This document shows positions 56,923 to 64,000 of a stretch of 64,000 bases of DNA, piece after piece. Within the stretch, counting starts at the first letter, position 1, and the number at the start of each line of letters is the position of its first letter. The DNA is from a virus (taxonomy: Duplodnaviria > Caudoviricetes). The stretch covers positions 61,861-125,860 of IMG/VR virus record IMGVR_UViG_3300017909_001085, one strand, 5' to 3'. A program made the position numbers and the translations under genes. The notes under the pieces were generated by a model that saw only the letters and a program-made list of their open reading frames with translations, ran no database searches and had not been told where the DNA came from.

Positions 56923-57330
56923 GTAATCAACGACCTGGTAAATATCAAAGCAAAGCAATGTTCAATGACAACGGTGCGATGCTTCGACAGATAATCAACT
57001 TCGCCAAAGAAGCAGAGGACCTTTTAGAAAAGAACGGTGAAGAAGATGCCGCTTTCTATTTTGGTCAACTGAAAGATTGGTTGACTGAGAATCCAGGCAA
57101 GGCATTCAAAGCACCTACGCATCATATTCTAGGAATATAATATGCAACATAAAGTTTCTGAATTATGTGATAAAGTTAGTGTCATATATGAGAAGTCTAT
57201 GAACTTGCGTAGAATGAAATACGACACTCCTAAAGTTGAGCGTGATGAAGCACAGATACAATTTCTGATTGATGACATTCAACATATGTGTCGAATGATT
57301 GGTGCTGATACAAATAAGTATCAGAAGTAA
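56919..57330 (+). other. Two small hypothetical CDS (56919-57140, 57142-57330)
   Basis: Closely spaced same-strand ORFs. Confidence 0.55.
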
Positions 57331-57337
57331 AAAGTTT

Positions 57338-57415
57338 CTGCCCGTAGTTCAGTTGGATTAGAACAACGGTCTTCTAAACCGTAGGTCGCAGGTTCGAGTC
57401 CTGCCGGGCAGGCCA
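57338..57415 (+). tRNA. tRNA-Arg(UCU)
   Basis: CTGCCCG/CGGGCAG acceptor stem, ACGGT-cttctaa-ACCGT anticodon arm, GGTTCGAGTCC and encoded CCA. Confidence 0.95.
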
Positions 57416-57418
57416 ATT

Positions 57419-57492
57419 CATGCGATGGCAGAGTGGTTATGCAGTGGATTGCAAATCCATCTAGGCAGGTTCGATTCCTGTTCGCATGTCCA
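57419..57492 (+). tRNA. tRNA-Cys(GCA)
   Basis: CATGCGA/TCGCATG acceptor stem, GTGGA-ttgcaaa-TCCAT anticodon arm, U73 and encoded CCA. Confidence 0.93.
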
Positions 57493-57507
57493 GATGAGGA
57501 AAATAAA

Positions 57508-57828
57508 ATGAGTGAAAACAGGTTCGGTAAAACCAGATTTGATTTAGAAGATGCATTGTTTGCTATTCAGACAACAGCAACAGACTTACAAACTGTTGCG
57601 GATATGATGTATGATAGCAGTCTCATTTATGATGACGACCGCCGGCATACTGTTCTGAGTGGTCTAGCAGAAGTGTTAGAAGCAAAGTGTGAGAATGCTA
57701 ATATTATTTTCAAACAAGTCTTCGAATTAGATGAGTATGGTTCGCAGTATTATAAAGATGAAGATGGATGTTTGCGTTGGCGAGATACAGACCAACCTTT
57801 AGAAAGTCAATTATGGAAAGATATATAG
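57508..57828 (+). CDS. Hypothetical protein
   Basis: Start re-called downstream of the tRNA; GAGGA RBS; RFDLE motif. Confidence 0.65.
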   Translation: MSENRFGKTRFDLEDALFAIQTTATDLQTVADMMYDSSLIYDDDRRHTVLSGLAEVLEAKCENANIIFKQVFELDEYGSQYYKDEDGCLRWRDTDQPLESQLWKDI

Positions 57829-57832
57829 TTGC

Positions 57833-58321
57833 ATGATACAAATTGCTGATAACATGTTTACTGCGAATGAAATCGCTATGATTGAAAAAAATGTTAGGGA
57901 CCTTCCTTATAACATTAATACTACTGATGATGGTGACTTTAGTTCTGGTGCCGCATCGCCCATGCCAATCGATACTATTATGTATGAAGTATTGAAAATG
58001 AAAATATATAAAGCATGGCCAGAGTTACAACAACAAGAACTATATGATTGTCATACAAATTGTTTTTGGCCTGGAGAGTTTACTCAATTTCACACTGATA
58101 ATGAAAGTGAAGGATCGGTGACAGTACTATATTACTGTAATGAGAACGAATGGAAAGATGGCGGTACAGAAGTATTATTTGAAGATGAACTTAGAGTTGA
58201 AAGTATTCTTCCTATCAGTGGTCGTCTGATGAGAATGCCGGGTAATCAACTACATAGAGCAACAAGTTTTAGAGATAAGAAACGCCTTAATGTAGCATAC
58301 AAGTTTAGACCATATGATTGA
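57833..58321 (+). CDS. 2OG-Fe(II) oxygenase (prolyl-hydroxylase-like)
   Basis: FHTD..VT.LYY.N..W..GGT..H.A...R. Confidence 0.82.
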   Translation: MIQIADNMFTANEIAMIEKNVRDLPYNINTTDDGDFSSGAASPMPIDTIMYEVLKMKIYKAWPELQQQELYDCHTNCFWPGEFTQFHTDNESEGSVTVLYYCNENEWKDGGTEVLFEDELRVESILPISGRLMRMPGNQLHRATSFRDKKRLNVAYKFRPYD

Positions 58322-58973
58322 AGATAAAGTTTATGAAACCAGTCTGAACTGGTTGCGAAAATATATCGATGAGAACTGTATTGTTCGTGGACGATACATG
58401 AAAGGTAAAGTACCAGGTACAAATTATACTTGGTGCTTTTATCTTCGTAAAGGTCTATACAATCCAGAGTTTAATAAACATCTAGCAGTCTGCTTTCTCT
58501 ATAAGATAAAAGAAGAAGTTGGTCACTTTGACTTTCAGTTGTCTGGACTTGAGACTGCGGCAACACCTATGATAACTTCACTACCTATCTACGCCAAACA
58601 ATTACTTGATATTGATTTACATTCATTCATATTTCGAAAGGCACCAAAAGAATATGGTCTAGAAGAACCTTGGGAAGGTACGCCTAAGTTTGACATGCCA
58701 GTACTTCTGTGTGATGATTTAGCAAACTCAACAATGTCTCTGAAGATTTGTTCTGACATCTGTAGAAATTATGAAATACAAAAACTGAATTATGTGTTTG
58801 TTGTAGTCAATAAAGTCAATCGTAGTTATTATGATATGGGATTACCAGAAGAACGATATAGTGTAAGAGAACATGAACTAAGACAGACGCATGATATGTA
58901 TCTAGACCCTAGTGTAAAAATAATTAGTTTATTCGATATGGATGAATTTAATCTGAAAGGAGCAAGTCATTGA
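58314..58973 (+). CDS. Phosphoribosyltransferase-fold protein (PyrE-like, divergent)
   Basis: GLETAATP, RK..K.YG and VLLCDDL.NS motifs. Confidence 0.6.
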   Translation: MIEDKVYETSLNWLRKYIDENCIVRGRYMKGKVPGTNYTWCFYLRKGLYNPEFNKHLAVCFLYKIKEEVGHFDFQLSGLETAATPMITSLPIYAKQLLDIDLHSFIFRKAPKEYGLEEPWEGTPKFDMPVLLCDDLANSTMSLKICSDICRNYEIQKLNYVFVVVNKVNRSYYDMGLPEERYSVREHELRQTHDMYLDPSVKIISLFDMDEFNLKGASH

Positions 58974-59536
58974 ACCATTTCAAACTCGCTGATAATCTAA
59001 ATGTTCTACCAATGCTCAAAGAAGTAGCAATGCAGTGGGATGACTTTGATTTAGAAACCGGTAGACAAGATACTATTGAATGTCAACGCATGACACAAAG
59101 CATTAATCTAAGAAAAGCAAAACTACACAACTTACATATTAATGATACTCATACAACAACCGATACTGAAACTTATGCTCGGTATCCAAAAGTAAGAGAG
59201 TTTATGAATTGGTTTGTAGAACAGTATGGCGGTGAAGTATATCGTATCGCAATCGTACACTTACCTAAAGATGGTGTAGTAGATGCACATATAGATGAGG
59301 GTGAGTACTATGCAGACAAAGACAGATTTCATTTAGTGCTATCTGGTTACTATGAAAATGTAGTTGTTACTCCTCCGAAACTTGACGTTAAGTTTGATGG
59401 TGATGAAAGAGAACTATACTCTGCTGGAGAGTTGTGGTGGTTCAATAATAAAGAAACTCATCATGTAGAAAACAAGTCTGAATTATCTCGCATTGCAATC
59501 ATATTTGATGTGAAAAATTCTCAATGGCAACAGTAA
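58970..59536 (+). CDS. Aspartyl/asparaginyl beta-hydroxylase-like oxygenase
   Basis: H.D.G.YY...RFH.V, GELWWFNNK..H.V.N and R...IFD motifs. Confidence 0.8.
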   Translation: MNHFKLADNLNVLPMLKEVAMQWDDFDLETGRQDTIECQRMTQSINLRKAKLHNLHINDTHTTTDTETYARYPKVREFMNWFVEQYGGEVYRIAIVHLPKDGVVDAHIDEGEYYADKDRFHLVLSGYYENVVVTPPKLDVKFDGDERELYSAGELWWFNNKETHHVENKSELSRIAIIFDVKNSQWQQ

Positions 59537-59549
59537 TATCTTTATGTGG

Positions 59550-59580
59550 ATTTCACAAAACTGTAACATAAAATTGACAT
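59550..59580 (+). promoter_or_regulatory. Putative Pho box (PhoB site) upstream of pstS
   Basis: 11-bp periodic ATTTCAC-aaaa-CTGTAAC-ataa-AATTGAC. Confidence 0.65.
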
Positions 59581-59654
59581 AGTTGTATATACATAAGAGT
59601 AGAGAGACCTGCGTCAACAAGTCTCTCTTGTCATTTTCATAAGGAGTAACTCAA

Positions 59655-60614
59655 ATGAAAAAACTATTCTTATCGGCAGTTGCCGTAATACTATTTAGTT
59701 CTAATATTGCATCAGCAAGAGAACAAATTTCAATCGTAGGTAGTTCTACCGTATATCCATTCTCATCAACAGTCGCAGAAAAATTCGGACAACAAAATCA
59801 ATTCAAATCACCAGTCGTTGAAAGCACAGGTTCTGGTGGGGGTTTGAAGATGTTTTGTAAAGGTGTTGGCACAACTATGCCTGACATTACAAATGCATCA
59901 AGAGCAATCAAGCAAAAAGAAATTGATATGTGTAAAGAGAATGGCGTAACACCAATCGAATATCTCATTGGTTATGACGGAATCGTAATCGCAAACAAAT
60001 CGCAGGGACCAGATTATGTTTTGTCTAAAGAACAGATTTGGCGTGCGGTTGCCGAAAAGGTTTTGATTGATGGAGAGTGGGTAGAGAACCCATATCAGAA
60101 GTGGTCAGATATTGATGCATCACTTCCTGACATTAAGATTGATATTATGATTCCACCTACTACATCTGGCACTATAGATGCATTCGTAGAACTTGTAATG
60201 CATAAAGCATGTAAGAAATTAGGTCTACCTAAAAAAGGTGATAATGGTTACAAGCAACTTTGCACTAAAGTTCGTACCAAAGGAACTTTCGTAGTTCAAA
60301 TGACAGAGAATGATAATCTAATTATTCAAAAACTGCAAGACGATAAAAACCGTCTTGGTGTATTTGGGTTTTCTTTCTTAGACCAAAATAGAGATACTAT
60401 TAAGGGTGCTAAGGTTGAGGGAGTTCTTCCTGAGTTTGAAACGATTGCAGATGGTTCATATGCTATATCAAGACCTCTTTTCTTTTATGTGAAAAAAGAA
60501 CATCTTGGATTTATTCCAGGTATTCAAGATTATGTTGACCTCTTTATGAGTGATAATATGATTGGCGAAGAAGGCACTTTGACTGAACAAGGTCTTATAG
60601 CAGTTCAAAAATAA
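59655..60614 (+). CDS. pstS: Phosphate ABC transporter substrate-binding protein
   Basis: IVGSSTVYPF, ESTGSGGG.K.FC, NASR, PPTTSGT and Y.ISRPLFFY motifs. Confidence 0.93.
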   Translation: MKKLFLSAVAVILFSSNIASAREQISIVGSSTVYPFSSTVAEKFGQQNQFKSPVVESTGSGGGLKMFCKGVGTTMPDITNASRAIKQKEIDMCKENGVTPIEYLIGYDGIVIANKSQGPDYVLSKEQIWRAVAEKVLIDGEWVENPYQKWSDIDASLPDIKIDIMIPPTTSGTIDAFVELVMHKACKKLGLPKKGDNGYKQLCTKVRTKGTFVVQMTENDNLIIQKLQDDKNRLGVFGFSFLDQNRDTIKGAKVEGVLPEFETIADGSYAISRPLFFYVKKEHLGFIPGIQDYVDLFMSDNMIGEEGTLTEQGLIAVQK

Positions 60615-60624
60615 TAAAAAAAAT

Positions 60625-60750
60625 AAAAAAAAATTACAAGTCACTGAAATGCAACGATAAAAAGTTGCATTTTTTTGTGGTTTTCTCTTGACATTACTAG
60701 GAACTTATGCTAATTTATATAAGTAAGATGAATTGAAAGAGAGATTTGAG
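60625..60750 (+). promoter_or_regulatory. Early promoter cassette, copy 2
   Basis: acaagtcactgaaatgcaac...CTTGACATTA...GTAAGATGAATTGAAAGAGAG. Confidence 0.7.
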
Positions 60751-63700
60751 ATGACTTGTTTCCTTGATGCCATTAACAAAAAAGTTGCTGTTTACAAAGA
60801 CGTTGGTCACTGTGTTGGTCACGCCGCCAACGCTAAGACTTTGAAATACATTCTTGAGACACACAAGTTGACAGAAGAGACTTTCTACTACGGAAGCACT
60901 ATGGACTTCGCTGATGAAGAAGGGTTCGCCCACCATGATGATGCTAAGAAGATTGTTGATGAATGTTTTGAAATGATCCGGTGTGAAAAAGTTGCTGAGG
61001 AGTTGATATAATGCAGTTTGAGGTAAATGACATGAATGTTGAAGTGATGAAAGAAATTGTTCGGGACGAAGTTGATTGGATGTTCCGGGATATGATTGAG
61101 ACTGGACAAGGTATCGGCACTAGCGATATCACTGCTTGTATGAATGCTTGTATCACACCTGTCAACGGTCGGTTCGACATTCATCTTGGTCTGTTGAACG
61201 AAATGATCCATGAAGCGATTTGTGAATTAGAAGAAGAGGTGATGGCATAATGAAAACTGTTGATATGTGGATTGTAGTCATGGTTGTTATTATAGTCGGT
61301 ATTGTAGTTACGGAGATGATATAGTGATTGATTGTTTTGTAAATGGCAGTGTGAAGTTGTCGAAAGGAACTACCTTGAAAGAATTCATGGAGTTCATGTG
61401 GGACTTGAAAGACTTTGATGGTCTTCAAGTTGTTGACAAGTGGGTAGGGTTTGGCGCATTGCCAGACATCAAACTTGTTCTAGAGAATGGACATCAGATT
61501 AGTTGTAAGAAACTTTGGCAGGAGCGAGTGTAATGTTTAGTGCTTTCAAAAAAGGTGACTGGTTGAAACTGAAAGGTATCACCCGTCATGGTAAGAACCG
61601 TATTCAACAGCACGGTGAATGGTGGGAGATAGATGCAGTAGGTACCTTTGATGGTTTTACTGCAGTTCGCCTAAATAGTCGTAACGAAACTTTTAACATC
61701 GGCAAAGGTCGCAAGTGTCGTGACCAGCGATGGGTACATGTGAAGGACGACAAAGACTTTGAGGCAATCGCTCATGCAATCTGTCATTGATAAAATTCTA
61801 GCACCGCTAGAGATAACGATATTTCGTTTCGTGCATGACCACCCATATATGACGATAGCACTCTTTGCTATGCTCACAATCATAGGAAAAAACACATGAA
61901 GTTTGAAGACTTAAAATTTGTAAAATATCTTGATGGCGTTCAAGCACTTGAACCCTTTGGTCAGTATGAACTGTCAGTCATTCGGCACTCAAGTTCGTAT
62001 GGCGGTAAACAAGGTCTATATGAGATTGGTGTATTCAATTGGCATAAAGATATGGTTTCTCTTCCTGGTATCACAGAAGATGGCGATAGTGTAAAAGGAT
62101 TCTTGACAGAAGAAGAAGTTTCTGCTATACTGCTTAAAATGAAATCGATAACAGGACCAGACAAATGAGTGAAAAACATTATACTTTAATGATTGACCCT
62201 ACACCTCAAGGTTGGGTGTATGGTTTTCCAAAAGCACTACCGAAAGAAGCAGTCGGTGGTAAAGGCGCAGACTTGTTCATAGTTACAAGTTTTGATTTGA
62301 CAAAGTGGGTTGCCGAGCAAGGTTATCCTGCAGATGCATTTCAGCATTATCGTTTATTCGTACAAGAAGTTGAATACTTCGATGAATACTATCAACCAGC
62401 AGGAGATGTTCAGATATGAAAAGCAAAGCAAAAATGTATCGACATTATTATTCGAAGTTTCGTCAGTGGTGGTTTGAGCATGACAGTATTGAGATTGTCT
62501 TGTTCGCCTCGCTGTTTGCTTGTCTAGCATGGGGAGTTTTTCAAGTCGTTCTTGCTCTTATAGATAAGATGTAGGAGTTACGTTTATGGTATGGATTAAG
62601 AAATTCAAAAATGACATTCGTGATTATATTGTGCAGACGCATGAAATCGAGATGCAAGACGTAGACATTCCATCTTATCTTGAGGCACAACAAGATTATA
62701 ATCTATCAGCAAAATATGAAATCGTATTGATGCGCTATGTCGATGACAAGACTGGCGACACAAAGTTCTTTTGGTACGATGAAGAAAAGAAGGCAGAAGT
62801 AAGTCCACGCTTCGTCAATCGTCAACTCGCAGAAATGTGGATGAAAGAGAAAGAAGAAAAGTACAAAGGTGTATAATGAGTATTAGTAAATATGGTTCGT
62901 CAGTGACGCATAGTTTTGAAGATGCATGTCGTGGTGTTGAAAGATACGCAATCAATACTGCAATGACAGAAGACTTAGTAGCACAACTACTAGTTCGCAT
63001 GGGGTCATGGTTTGAAGATCCAGAACCGCAGTATGAAGAGTTCTTCGCAACTTGCAATCAAGATGCACTAGAGCAATGTTATCGCAGTCTTCAAGAATGC
63101 TATCGCAGAAACTTTGTAGAGAGAAGCGGCGCAGATGGTATCGTGCAGGTGTCTGCTGGTGAGTGATAAAGCATCAGACTATACAACAGAGAATAGATTT
63201 CTGATGTATACATCAAATGCAAAAAACTGTTTTTGGGTAACCAGAGACAGAAAAAGTCGCCAGCACACTCAAATCAGTCCTGTCTTCGAAAGCGAAAAAG
63301 AAGCATGTGACTGGATACAATCGTTTTCAGAAGTTCGCAAGCAAACGAACAATGTAGTTCCGTTCAATAAAAAAGTAAGAGGACTCTTTGACTAATGCCA
63401 GACTTCACTTCAATGCGAGAGATACTAGAGCAATGGCAGAATCCGTCAGCATCAGTTATCTCATCTCACGATAATTCAACACACACTTATGTATGTCCAC
63501 GTTGTACTTCGTGGTCTGTTCAAGATACACTATTCACAGATTACTTTGATTGCGAGAGATGCGACTACGCAACAACAAAAGTACATCATGTGAAACTGAG
63601 CAAGGAGAACTAAATCATGTCTATTGTATTCAAACACGTTACGCCTGAGCATCACAAACAGTTCACTGCAGTAGAAGAAGTTGTAATGACATGTGCAGAT

Positions 63701-64000
63701 GAAGCAACGGTAGAAGAAATGCGTGAAGCATTCGATGACTTTCTATCAGCATGTGGTTATAACACACAAGGTTATGATGATAATAAAACACTGCAAGAGT
63801 TCGATGCTGAAGCAATCAGTGATAATATCACAAAGACATATACTTCTGATTTAATGTCTGTCTTCGATGAGAAGATGTGATGAAACTATGTGAAGAATAT
63901 AAACGTCTTAAAGACTATGAGAAAATGTTACGTCAGCAATTCAAGATAGACTTGAAGACACTCAAAGCAATGGGTAAGAAAGCAGAAGAATTAAAAATGA
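60751..64000 (+). other. Run of about 12-14 small early hypothetical CDS (including 60751-61011, 61011-61250, 61267-61533, 61515-61790, 61896-62168, 62165-62419, 62586-62876, 62837-63166, 63135-63395, 63395-63613, 63617-63880)
   Basis: Tightly packed plus-strand ORFs downstream of a strong early promoter; no recognisable catalytic motifs; 63395-63613 has a CxxC..CxxC zinc ribbon. Confidence 0.65.

Noticed and set aside
57433-57507. N-terminal extension of ORF 57433-57828
   Set aside because: Overlaps tRNA-Cys; the RBS supports ATG 57508
1-64000. Stop-codon reassignment, introns or inteins
   Set aside because: Core genes are full length in code 11 and use all three stops; no homing endonuclease or Hint motifs were recognised

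Overview
This is a 64 kb segment of a marine T4-like myophage genome (AT-rich, roughly 35% GC by eye). The probable host is an alphaproteobacterium, judged from the permuted alpha-type tmRNA, the PstS type and an MsmA-like gene. Positions 1-38 kb hold the virion morphogenesis block: terminase gp17/gp16, gp15/14/13, a tail-fibre region with five tandem paralogues, VrlC/DUF4815, baseplate gp8/7/6/25/PAAR/5/53/48, gp4/2/54/26/51 and a probable tape measure, mostly under TATAAATA late promoters. Positions 38-52 kb hold replication and accessory genes: gp32, gp59, gp33, SleB, tmRNA, MsmA-like oxygenase, endolysin, PhoH, bS21 and ThyX. Positions 52-64 kb hold sigma70-driven early small genes, two tRNAs, 2OG-Fe(II) oxygenases and a Pho-box-preceded pstS. 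The main findings are a circularly permuted two-piece tmRNA with a 118-nt intervening loop, an MsmA-like subunit lacking its Rieske motif, a probable -1 frameshift fusing gp26 to gp51, a five-paralogue tail-tip array with paired His-rich loops, and strong context-specific word avoidance (AGCY/RGCT, GCWGC, and GATC except in GGATC/GATCC). All calls come from reading the sequence and recognising motifs; no searches were run.
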